From Bacilli bacterium (lineage in GTDB: Bacteria > Bacillota_I > Bacilli_A > RFN20 > CAG-826), in contig JBMTFA010000001.1 of NCBI GenBank assembly GCA_049433705.1, positions 1 through 60,125 of the forward strand: a stretch of DNA of 60,125 nt, written 5' to 3'. A program made the position numbers and the translations under genes. Of the stretch, positions 34,694 through 43,219 are shown piece after piece. Below the pieces are notes generated by a model. That model did not search any database. It saw nothing but the letters and a program-made list of their open reading frames with translations, and had not been told where the DNA came from. Numbering within the stretch: the stretch's first letter is position 1; each line of letters begins with the position of its first letter.

Positions 34694-35593
34694 TTAGCTT
34701 TTGAAGCTAAATGGTGCCTTGGTAAGTTGTGAAGAAATGTCAAAGAACTTTTGTGCTAATAATTCATCGTGTGCAAGTGGAATCGCTCTCACTTGTTTTG
34801 CTTTTTTTCCACCCATTTCAAACCAACCATTCGGACCAAAGTATTCGCCGCCCTTACAAGTAGGATTAAGTGTGGCCTCAATCAGTGGGATTGCGCCACG
34901 CTTTGCTGATTGTAATGGCGTGATGTATTTCAACATATTGTAGAGCGGTTGGGTTTTTGCATTCTTAAATAATAAGTTTGTTTTTGAAACACCTGGATGG
35001 GCAGCCACGACTGTCACGGGTAAATTTGCCTTTTTAATGCGGCGATCTAGTTCAAATGTAAACAGCAAATTTGCGAGTTTAGAACGGCTATAGGCACCCC
35101 AAGGAGAATAGCTATTCGGTTGTTCATAATTTAAATTATTAAAATCAATCTCACCACGCCGATGGGCAATGCTCGAGATATTGACAATTCTTCCACTGGA
35201 AGCAATGAGCATGGGAAATAAACCTGCCGTTAAGGCATAATGGCCAAAATGATTGGTGGCCATTTGGGATTCAAATCCATTGATGGTTTTTTGATAGGCA
35301 CCAAACATAATTCCTGCATTATTCACAAGAACATTCAGATGTTGAAACTGTGTTTTGAATTGGCGAATAAATGCTTCAACAGAAGCAAGCGACATTAAAT
35401 CCAAAGGGATAAATTGGACCTTTCCTGGTAAATGTTTTGCCTCCAAGGTGACGATGGCCTCTTTTGCGCGAGCTTCTGATCGCGATGCCATCACGACTGT
35501 GGCACCTAACGTTAAAAAATGTTCAATCCCAAAATACCCAATGCCAGAATTGCCACCAGTCACGATGATCACTTGATTTGCTAATGACTTCAT
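34694..35593 (-). CDS. short-chain dehydrogenase/reductase (SDR)
   Basis: TGGNSGIG cofactor motif and the YSRSK catalytic motif. Confidence 0.85.
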   Translation of the reverse strand: MKSLANQVIIVTGGNSGIGYFGIEHFLTLGATVVMASRSEARAKEAIVTLEAKHLPGKVQFIPLDLMSLASVEAFIRQFKTQFQHLNVLVNNAGIMFGAYQKTINGFESQMATNHFGHYALTAGLFPMLIASSGRIVNISSIAHRRGEIDFNNLNYEQPNSYSPWGAYSRSKLANLLFTFELDRRIKKANLPVTVVAAHPGVSKTNLLFKNAKTQPLYNMLKYITPLQSAKRGAIPLIEATLNPTCKGGEYFGPNGWFEMGGKKAKQVRAIPLAHDELLAQKFFDISSQLTKAPFSFKS

Positions 35594-36114
35594 GCTTTTT
35601 TCCTCACCTTATGATAAACCAATCTTTCGCCAGCATGCGGGAGGATGACTCGGCCGACTTCTTGGTAATGCATGGTTTGCATTAATCCTCGCATCGGAAG
35701 ATTGCGTTCATGGGTATCTAAGCGAATATTATCAACACCCTGTTGCCAAACATATTCCTCAATGAAGGTTAAAAATATTTTGCTTAATTTTCGCCCATGA
35801 AATTGGGGATCAATGAAAAAGCGATGAAGCACGCGATAGGGTGCTTCATTCAACCATTGACCTTCAAGTAACTGATGATATGCCGGTTCATTGTTTAAGA
35901 TGGCAACGCCGCCAAGCGGTTGTTCGTCTTCAAATAAAATTAAAAAATGATGATTTTTTATATCATTTTCAATTGTTTTTAATGACGGTTCACGGCCTTG
36001 CCATTGCCCTGACTGATGCAATTTTAATATCGGTCGACATGCCTCAATTGTGCGCATAATCCAAGGCGTAAATGTCGCATCCGCAAGGCGAAGAAAATAC
36101 TTTGACTTTACCAT
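35590..36114 (-). CDS. GNAT family N-acetyltransferase
   Basis: 174 aa, GNAT-like core (HRFFIDPQFHGRKLSKIFL, RLDTHERNLPM). ATGA overlap with the SDR gene. Confidence 0.8.
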   Translation of the reverse strand: MVKSKYFLRLADATFTPWIMRTIEACRPILKLHQSGQWQGREPSLKTIENDIKNHHFLILFEDEQPLGGVAILNNEPAYHQLLEGQWLNEAPYRVLHRFFIDPQFHGRKLSKIFLTFIEEYVWQQGVDNIRLDTHERNLPMRGLMQTMHYQEVGRVILPHAGERLVYHKVRKKA

Positions 36115-36120
36115 ATTGCT

Positions 36121-36126
36121 ATTATA
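36121..36126 (-). promoter_or_regulatory. -10 hexamer, leaderless arrangement
   Basis: On the minus strand: TATAAT, then 6 nt, then ATG 36112-36114. Confidence 0.45.
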
Positions 36127-36130
36127 AAAT

Positions 36131-36177
36131 TACTTTGCTCAAAAAGATAATTGATTAGTAATTATCACTACTTTGCT
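36131..36177 (+). repeat. 9-bp direct repeat TACTTTGCT (36131-36139 and 36169-36177)
   Basis: Exact repeat, read directly from the sequence, in the GNAT/Rieske intergenic region. Confidence 0.6.
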
Positions 36178-36201
36178 GTTATGGCGTAATGCCTATACAG
36201 A

Positions 36202-36233
36202 ACATCCATTATCCCCCATAATGGATGTTTTTT
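36202..36233 (+). terminator. orphan intrinsic terminator (no upstream plus-strand gene)
   Basis: 11-bp perfect stem ACATCCATTAT ccccc ATAATGGATGT followed by T6. There is no T-run on the minus strand. Confidence 0.7.
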
Positions 36234-36235
36234 AT

Positions 36236-36264
36236 TTGACAATCCTTACCCTAGCACCTATGGT
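36236..36264 (+). promoter_or_regulatory. sigma-A promoter of the Rieske gene, leaderless arrangement
   Basis: TTGACA (36236-36241), 17 nt, TATGGT (36259-36264), 6 nt, then ATG 36271. Confidence 0.65.
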
Positions 36265-36270
36265 GAAATT

Positions 36271-36594
36271 ATGCATTATCCAGTCGGATCTCTATCCAAA
36301 TTAAAGCAAGATAAAAAATGGCGAGTGATTTTAAAAGATACTCCCTATTTAGTTGCCTTAATCGGTCAACATGTTTACGCCATTCCTGATCAATGCCCAC
36401 ACCAAGATGCCTCCTTATTTCAAGGCACCATTCAAGGTGAGGTGGTCACTTGCCCAGTCCATCAAGCCCAATTTAATTTAGTGAATGGTGACATCGATGA
36501 GGTGACTAAGATGCTTTATTTTGATTTTGGACCAGAAAAAATCACGACCTATAAGGCCGTGATTGATGGTGACCAAATTTATTTAGATTTATAA
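36271..36594 (+). CDS. Rieske [2Fe-2S] ferredoxin-like protein
   Basis: 107 aa containing CPHQ ... CPVHQ (the CxH...CxxH Rieske ligands). Confidence 0.8.
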   Translation: MHYPVGSLSKLKQDKKWRVILKDTPYLVALIGQHVYAIPDQCPHQDASLFQGTIQGEVVTCPVHQAQFNLVNGDIDEVTKMLYFDFGPEKITTYKAVIDGDQIYLDL

Positions 36595-36595
36595 A

Positions 36596-37444
36596 TTATT
36601 TACGTTTAAATTGTGCTTGTAACAAGGTAATTTCTTGAGCAATTAAGGCTTGCACTTCAGCCCGGGAAATGAATTGAACTTGTAATTTAGACAATTCTTC
36701 AACGACGATACGTCTTACTAAATTTAAATCCACGGAACTTGCATAAGGATTGGTAGCGGCCATCGCGGGCATGCCGTAAGCAGGTTGGTTATTCCGCATC
36801 ATCGAGAGTTCTTCTTGCATCACCACTTTGACAAGTTCAGAAAGCGTGTCTGGGTTACTTGCGGGTGTAGAGGACGGTAATGTTGCAGTTGGACTTGGTG
36901 CAGCCGCATTAAGACTTGGTGTTAAGGGGATGACTGGTGAAACTTTCTTTGGTTGTTTGCGTTGTGCAGTCAAACCCAATAAGAAAATCATGAATAAGGA
37001 TAAATAAATAAAACCAATGGTTGCCGCTAAAAATAAAGTGTTCACCAAATCATTACTTAATCCATCAAGAATCACCAGTAAATAACGTTGCCCGGCTAAA
37101 TCTGGACTTGGAATTATTAAACTTACGCCTAAGACAAAAAGAACGTTTACAGCTAAAAAAGCGAGGAAACCAGGCAATAAGCGATTGACAAAGAGGCTAC
37201 GAATAAAGGCAACTAACCCAAGCAATAAGCCTAAACCTGTACCACCAATCACGATGAGATTGGTTAAACCAGATAAACTAAAATTACTGATTAAAGGTAT
37301 GGCAAAACCAAGGTAAGTATCAACCATTACGCGGACATTTAGATTGGTAAAATCAAAGTTATTGAGAAACCCAAAGGTCGCAACAATCACCACCAAAAAT
37401 AACAACGAAGCAATTAAAATAACTTTAAGAACAGAGCGTTTCAT
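36596..37444 (-). CDS. membrane protein with Pro/Ala/Ser-rich linker and helical C-terminal domain, unknown function
   Basis: Start at ATG 37442-37444, 9 nt after GAGGTG. TGgTAAAAT lies upstream. About 5 TM segments. Confidence 0.55.
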   Translation of the reverse strand: MKRSVLKVILIASLLFLVVIVATFGFLNNFDFTNLNVRVMVDTYLGFAIPLISNFSLSGLTNLIVIGGTGLGLLLGLVAFIRSLFVNRLLPGFLAFLAVNVLFVLGVSLIIPSPDLAGQRYLLVILDGLSNDLVNTLFLAATIGFIYLSLFMIFLLGLTAQRKQPKKVSPVIPLTPSLNAAAPSPTATLPSSTPASNPDTLSELVKVVMQEELSMMRNNQPAYGMPAMAATNPYASSVDLNLVRRIVVEELSKLQVQFISRAEVQALIAQEITLLQAQFKRK

Positions 37445-37495
37445 TTCTTTTATCACCTCAATGTTTCATTTTACCATTTATCAACCTGATTGTCC

Positions 37496-38089
37496 TTAGT
37501 CTTTTTCCCCTAATTTTTCTGCATTTTTATTTTGTGATAATCTCACTAAAATGTATTTTGCATCAAATAAGCGTTTCAGGAGTTTTACCCGGTGTCGAAG
37601 TTCGCGACGATCAAAGAGTAATTTTTCTACCCCTGTCCAAATAAAAATCCAACTTAAAATCGCATAAACTTCTGAGGAAACGGCATTGAAAAAAACCGTT
37701 TCAGATAATAGCCCGCCAAAGATTAACACCAAATTCCCAATTGCCAATAAAATTGTGCCAATGGTGGTTAATCGCTTAATGTCTTTAATGAGGTAATAAA
37801 TGACCGGTACTAATTCATCTTGAATTTGGTCAATGATGATCGGCAAATGTACTTCCACATTCCCAGCCTGAACCTCTACGGTTACCTTTCGATTTAAAGG
37901 GGTATACCGGGTTTCTTCTTCAAGATCGCGAATGGCTTCCTGGACAACCTTACCCTCAAACTTAGGGGAAAGGATTTTAATTGAAGCCATATCTTCATCC
38001 ACTTCACGGCCATATTGTTTTAACCGGGCATCAAGATTCCCTTTTAAGGCAATCAGTTCAAGCGTTCTTCGTAATTCTTCTTTTTCCAT
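37496..38089 (-). CDS. hypothetical protein with soluble N-terminal domain and two C-terminal TM segments
   Basis: Track ORF trimmed to ATG 38087-38089, 4 nt after the upstream stop. No recognisable family. Confidence 0.5.
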   Translation of the reverse strand: MEKEELRRTLELIALKGNLDARLKQYGREVDEDMASIKILSPKFEGKVVQEAIRDLEEETRYTPLNRKVTVEVQAGNVEVHLPIIIDQIQDELVPVIYYLIKDIKRLTTIGTILLAIGNLVLIFGGLLSETVFFNAVSSEVYAILSWIFIWTGVEKLLFDRRELRHRVKLLKRLFDAKYILVRLSQNKNAEKLGEKD

Positions 38090-38093
38090 GGGT

Positions 38094-39284
38094 CTATTCC
38101 TTAATCCTTTCGGGTGTGAACAATGGTTGCCATAACCAATAGGAAACAAGCGTAAGCATCACGGCAAAACCTACTGCAACTTGGGGAAGAGGAATTGGGG
38201 TTTGTCCGAAAATAAATGGGGCGTATGCAAGCAAGGAGATGAGTTGGGTGAGACCGACAAGGTAGTATTTTTTTCCATGTTGGAAGACAAGGAGGATGAC
38301 GATGATATCTGCTGCATATAAATACCGCTCGTGCATGGCAGGAAGGAAAAAGTTCGCCACTAAGATACTCCAATAGGTAAACAGTAAGATTTGTTCTTTC
38401 TTTAAAGCGATTTTTTTGATGAGCATCATAAAAAATTGAAAACCCATGATGGCAGTAAATAGGCTAATCGCTACTGGACTTAAAGCCTGATATCGATTGT
38501 TGCCAAACCATTGATAAAGGTTTGGCATGTTTAACGTCATTAACGGATAGGTTTGAGTTTGCAGGACATAAATATTAGTGATGTCAGCGAAACTTCTTCC
38601 TGCAATCAAAGCGGGTAAAGCCAAGCCATAGTAAAGCAAAGGTAGTAGCCCAACATAATAGATTTTCTTCGGGTAATGAAACCAAAAGTAAACGATAAAG
38701 ACCGGTAAGAAAAAGATTGCCTGTAGTTTAAAACTAATGGCAATCCCATACCAAATCGCACTCTTGAAAGGTTGGTCTTTTTGTAAATAGTACAAAGCGA
38801 ACAAACTAAAGGCTGTGTAACTTGCATCAATTTGTCCCCAGATTGCGCCATTGATAATCACGGTTGGTAAAAATAACGTGATGATTGCTAACATCACCGG
38901 TAAAAGGGGGTGCTGATGCTTTAACCAAATTTTGGCATTCAACATGACTGCCAGAGCCAAAAGCAAATCAAATAATAGTGAAATCATTTTTACCCCAAAA
39001 AGGAAGGGTTCGTTACTGGTTGCATCGGGAAAATATGAGATCAATGTCAACAAATAAACATAAGGTGGCGTGTAATCACCAATGCGCATGCCTAAACTGG
39101 CGACGCCTCCATTGGCAACAATTTGATTGAGCCAAGGGCGAATAAAATTTTGGTAATCACCAGAAACCCAATCGGTTAAGGAAAATCTTAACCATATTGC
39201 CAACCCAAACACAAAAATAAGAATCAAAGATTCCATCGGATAAGTTTGCAGCAGTTTTAACCGGGATTTTATTTTGGTTAACAT
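38094..39284 (-). CDS. GT-C-like polytopic membrane glycosyltransferase (mannosyltransferase-like)
   Basis: 396 aa with at least 10 TM segments. N-terminal loop SGDYQNFIRPW, and a general resemblance to the DUF2029/COG5542 type. TATAAT lies 8 nt before the ATG. Confidence 0.5.
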   Translation of the reverse strand: MLTKIKSRLKLLQTYPMESLILIFVFGLAIWLRFSLTDWVSGDYQNFIRPWLNQIVANGGVASLGMRIGDYTPPYVYLLTLISYFPDATSNEPFLFGVKMISLLFDLLLALAVMLNAKIWLKHQHPLLPVMLAIITLFLPTVIINGAIWGQIDASYTAFSLFALYYLQKDQPFKSAIWYGIAISFKLQAIFFLPVFIVYFWFHYPKKIYYVGLLPLLYYGLALPALIAGRSFADITNIYVLQTQTYPLMTLNMPNLYQWFGNNRYQALSPVAISLFTAIMGFQFFMMLIKKIALKKEQILLFTYWSILVANFFLPAMHERYLYAADIIVILLVFQHGKKYYLVGLTQLISLLAYAPFIFGQTPIPLPQVAVGFAVMLTLVSYWLWQPLFTPERIKE

Positions 39285-39336
39285 CTGGATTAATTATAAA
39301 GGAAAAGCGACTTTGGAAGCAGTAAAATTTGCCGTA

Positions 39337-39345
39337 TGGTATGAT
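39337..39345 (+). promoter_or_regulatory. extended -10, leaderless arrangement
   Basis: TGgTATGAT, then 6 nt, then ATG 39352. Confidence 0.5.
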
Positions 39346-39351
39346 TGCTTC

Positions 39352-40728
39352 ATGTCGCAACCAAATTTAACTCAAGGATCGATTAAAAAAGCACTTCGGC
39401 AAATTGCCATTCCCGCCTCTATAGGTTTCTTATTTAATACTTTATTTAATGTGGTGGATACATATTTTGCTGGGCAATTATCGGTTTCAGCTTTAGCCGG
39501 ATTAACTATTTCTTTTCCAATCTTCTTAATCACCATCGCCTTAGCGAGTGGGGTCGGTACAGGTTCAACCGCTTTAGCTGCGATTGCCATTGGTAAAAAA
39601 GACGTACCAGGTTATCATCAAATTGCAAAAAATGCCTTATTTCTTTCATTGATTGTTGCAACGTTACTCTTAATCCTCTCACCTATTGCCATTCCATGGT
39701 TACTGCAAGTTTCTGGGGGAACTGGTGAAGCATTTGATGCCGGGCTAGCCTACATGAATGTCGTCATTTTTGGGGCAGTATTTCAAATTCTTAACTTTAC
39801 GTTTAACGGTTTACTATCAGCAAAGGGCAATACCAAACCTTTCCGGAATTTTCTTATCGTCGGCTTTTTCCTCAATTTAATCTTTGATCCTATGTTTATC
39901 TTTGGGTGGTTTGGCTTACCAAGAATGGGGACGGCTGGTGTCGCCCTTGCAACCGTATTAGTCCAAGTCATCGGCACGATCTATTTAGGGTTGTCTTTTT
40001 TCTTCTCTGAAGGATTTGACAACGTGCTTTTTAAACAAAGTAAAATTGCTTCAACATCTGTGATTCAATTACTCAAACAAGGCGTTCCTGTGTCATTAAA
40101 TAATGCAACTGTATCGATAGGCATTTTCATTATTCAATATTTTATTTATCAATTTGGCAGTAATGAAACGATTGCCGGTTATGGGGTTGCCGTTCGGATT
40201 GAGCAAATTGCCCTTTTACCGACGATTGGTTTAAACATTGCCACAATTGCGTTAGTGGGACAAAACTTTGGGGCGCAACAATGGCAACGCATTGTCCAAT
40301 CCATCAAGCAAGCTTTAAAATATGCGGTGATTTTACTTTCGATTGGTTTGCTCATCATCTACCCATTAGCCCCCCAACTTGTAGGCATCTTTAATCAAGA
40401 CCCTCAAGTGATTCAAGAAGGAGCAACCTATTTGCGCATTGAAGGGTTAGCGATTTACACTTATTCTATGATTGGGATTGCCAGTAGCGTTTTACAGGCA
40501 ATCAAAAAACCATATTTCGCGTTAATCGTAGGAATCCTTCGTCAATTGACACCCATTCTCGTTTTTTATTTCCTTGGTTCAATCCTTGGACTTGGTGTCA
40601 ACGGCATCTGGTTAGGGATTGTCCTAGTTAATTACGCGGCAACCATCCTTGCCTGGACGATTGTCCGCAAACAACTTAAGCAATTATTTCCACTTTCAAA
40701 AGAATCGTTAAAGGAGAAAGTTACATGA
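39352..40728 (+). CDS. MATE family efflux transporter
   Basis: Track ORF trimmed to ATG 39352. N-terminus AIPASIGFLFNTLFNVVDTYFAG, about 12 TM segments. Confidence 0.9.
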   Translation: MSQPNLTQGSIKKALRQIAIPASIGFLFNTLFNVVDTYFAGQLSVSALAGLTISFPIFLITIALASGVGTGSTALAAIAIGKKDVPGYHQIAKNALFLSLIVATLLLILSPIAIPWLLQVSGGTGEAFDAGLAYMNVVIFGAVFQILNFTFNGLLSAKGNTKPFRNFLIVGFFLNLIFDPMFIFGWFGLPRMGTAGVALATVLVQVIGTIYLGLSFFFSEGFDNVLFKQSKIASTSVIQLLKQGVPVSLNNATVSIGIFIIQYFIYQFGSNETIAGYGVAVRIEQIALLPTIGLNIATIALVGQNFGAQQWQRIVQSIKQALKYAVILLSIGLLIIYPLAPQLVGIFNQDPQVIQEGATYLRIEGLAIYTYSMIGIASSVLQAIKKPYFALIVGILRQLTPILVFYFLGSILGLGVNGIWLGIVLVNYAATILAWTIVRKQLKQLFPLSKESLKEKVT

Positions 40729-41618
40729 ACCAATATGTCCTTCATGCCTTAGTCGGGAATGCGGCGACGTTAGGGATTCATTGGATTTATAATCCAAGTT
40801 ATCTCGCCGAACTCGCCAAAAAAGAATCGTTATTTTTTCGTAAGCAAGATCCAAAAATGTATGCAGAAGCTCAACCATCTTATTACGCTTATCCCTTTGC
40901 CTCGGTTGGTGATGTGACCGTTCAAGGGATGTTTTTATATTGGTTAACAAAAGCTTTGATAGACAATCCTCAACTAACTCGAGCTGCTTACAGTAAGTTA
41001 ATTTATGATCACCTCAAACCCGGAGGTGATTACACGGGTTATGTGGAAACCTATGGTCACAAGCTGGTCATGAATCAACTCAATGAATCGATGAAATTAT
41101 CATTACCCCCCATCCCATTAGATGATGATCATTTAATCGGATTTGTTCCCTACATTGCAACCAAACAATTAGGGTTATCCAATGAACAAGCATGGGATCT
41201 TGCCCAACTCTTTACCCAACGTGAAGAATACCCCGCTAGCTACAAGATGTTTGACGCGATCATCGAAAACCTAAACAAGAAACAATCGATGCAAGTCGCC
41301 ATTCAAAACGCGTTACCCCTTGCCCCCCGTCGTTTTGCCATCACCTTAAAAAAAGCAACAGAGCTCAGCGATACATCTTCGTTCATTAAGGATTACGCGG
41401 GGACCGCTTGTGCCATTAACCAAAGTATCCCTGTCATTATTCATTTGCTTTATCATAGTCAGAATCTTCAAGATGCCTGGTTTCGAAATGCCCTCATTAG
41501 TGGAGCAATTGCCGAACGAGCAATGCTCCTCACGATGATCTTCGGCATCATCGATGCGCCTAAACGCGAACAAATCGAAAAAATAAATCAAAAGTTTTTG
41601 AGTATATCGCTTGGTTAA
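40725..41618 (+). CDS. hypothetical protein, possibly degenerate ADP-ribosylglycohydrolase-fold
   Basis: ATGA overlap with the MATE stop. VGNAATLGIHWIY and SGAIAERA occupy the places where ARH proteins carry GDALG..HW.Y and GGDTDT. This is a weak similarity recalled from memory only. Confidence 0.4.
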   Translation: MNQYVLHALVGNAATLGIHWIYNPSYLAELAKKESLFFRKQDPKMYAEAQPSYYAYPFASVGDVTVQGMFLYWLTKALIDNPQLTRAAYSKLIYDHLKPGGDYTGYVETYGHKLVMNQLNESMKLSLPPIPLDDDHLIGFVPYIATKQLGLSNEQAWDLAQLFTQREEYPASYKMFDAIIENLNKKQSMQVAIQNALPLAPRRFAITLKKATELSDTSSFIKDYAGTACAINQSIPVIIHLLYHSQNLQDAWFRNALISGAIAERAMLLTMIFGIIDAPKREQIEKINQKFLSISLG

Positions 41619-41672
41619 GCTTTTTAATTAAGGCAAAATAACTAAGTATAAATATAAAAAAGGAGTCGTAAG

Positions 41673-42482
41673 ATGAAAAAATCATTTCTTTTGCTTTCCA
41701 GTTTAGTTGCCGTTGGCTTACTCGCCGGTTGTTCACCAGCAGATCCAATTCGCGTGGGGATGGATTTAAGATATCCACCGTTTGAAACGGTCACCACTGA
41801 AAATGAACCAGAAGGGATTTCCGTGGATGTTGCCAAAGCTTTCGGAACCTATTTAGGTAGACCAACCGAAATCGTCAACACAAACTTTGGTGGATTAATT
41901 CCCGCTTTACAATCTGGAGAAATCGACATTGTCATCGCCAGCATGAGTATTACCGCTGCCCGACAAGAAGTGGTTGATTTCACGGATCCTTACTTTTACT
42001 TCAAGATTATTACCTTAGTGAATCAAGACTTTGCTGACACCAATAACCTAGACGAAGATTCCACCACAGAAGATTTACTTGCATTAGCCAGTGCTCGTTT
42101 TGCTGGGATTGCTGCCCAAGTTTCTGCTACCATTCCTGCGAGCTACGGTAAAACCGTCACAGAATATGTCGACTTAGCCACCGCAATCGAAGCGGTCGCT
42201 GAAGGCGATGCCGATATCTTATTAATGTCTGCTTCACCTGTTGTCAGTGGTTTTAAAGCGAATCGTGACACCACGATGATTGTCTGGGATCCATGGGTTG
42301 CTTCACCAATCGGGATGGCCGTTAACAAAGGCAACACCGAACTCTTAGCCCAAGCGAACGCATTCATTGATACCTTTAATGATGAAGGTGGTATGTATGC
42401 CCAATTAAGAGCCAATTGGAATGCCGTAGTCTTAACCCAATTAGAACGTTACGGTATCGATTTCTACATCACTGCTGAATAG
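41673..42482 (+). CDS. amino-acid ABC transporter substrate-binding lipoprotein (family 3)
   Basis: Lipobox LLAGC, with SBP_bac_3-like motifs (MDLRYPPFE, DIVIASMSIT..R). AGGAG SD. Confidence 0.85.
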   Translation: MKKSFLLLSSLVAVGLLAGCSPADPIRVGMDLRYPPFETVTTENEPEGISVDVAKAFGTYLGRPTEIVNTNFGGLIPALQSGEIDIVIASMSITAARQEVVDFTDPYFYFKIITLVNQDFADTNNLDEDSTTEDLLALASARFAGIAAQVSATIPASYGKTVTEYVDLATAIEAVAEGDADILLMSASPVVSGFKANRDTTMIVWDPWVASPIGMAVNKGNTELLAQANAFIDTFNDEGGMYAQLRANWNAVVLTQLERYGIDFYITAE

Positions 42483-42487
42483 GTTGA

Positions 42488-43219
42488 ATGAAAAAACTCT
42501 TTAACTATCTCCTCGCCATCACGACTTTTTTGGTGCTCATTCTTTATGTCATCTTTGTTCGTGATGCCAACTTCACCATCGCCCCTTTAATTGGTGATTA
42601 TGGTCAACTCATTATCAATGGGTTTTTTACATCCATTTATGTCTCATTGATTACCTTGTTTGGGAGTTTAGTTTTAGGGTTTATCTTTTATATACTTTCC
42701 ATATCAAAATTACAATATTTTCGCGCCCTCGTGGATGTCTTTACCGAAGTCATTTATGGCACACCACTGCTGGTGATGATTGTCTTGATGGCCTTTCTCA
42801 TTGGCCCCGCCTTCGGTAGTTTCAATCGTCCCTTATTAGGCATTTTAGGGTTAATTCTTTATATTTCCCCTTACATGAAGAATGTCTATCAATCTTCTTT
42901 TTCCTCGATTCCTAAAGATCAATACATGGCGATGGACTTATTTGGCTTCACCCCAAGGCAACGTTATCAATACATCATCATTCCGCAAGTCATTAAAGTG
43001 CTGATGCCACCTTTGATGAACAATTTTTCTTTGATTGTGAAAGGCTCCGCATTGTTATATGTCCTTGCCTATGCTGAACTTTATTACGCGATTAACATTG
43101 CCCAATCTCGAACCTTCTTATTTGTTGAAGGTTATGTTTTATTATGGGGATTATATTTACTGATTACCCTCCCCTTATCGCAATTGACTAAGTGGATTGA
43201 AAAATGGTTACAACAATGA
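42488..43219 (+). CDS. amino-acid ABC transporter permease
   Basis: 243 aa, polytopic, in an operon with the SBP and ATPase genes. Confidence 0.85.
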   Translation: MKKLFNYLLAITTFLVLILYVIFVRDANFTIAPLIGDYGQLIINGFFTSIYVSLITLFGSLVLGFIFYILSISKLQYFRALVDVFTEVIYGTPLLVMIVLMAFLIGPAFGSFNRPLLGILGLILYISPYMKNVYQSSFSSIPKDQYMAMDLFGFTPRQRYQYIIIPQVIKVLMPPLMNNFSLIVKGSALLYVLAYAELYYAINIAQSRTFLFVEGYVLLWGLYLLITLPLSQLTKWIEKWLQQ

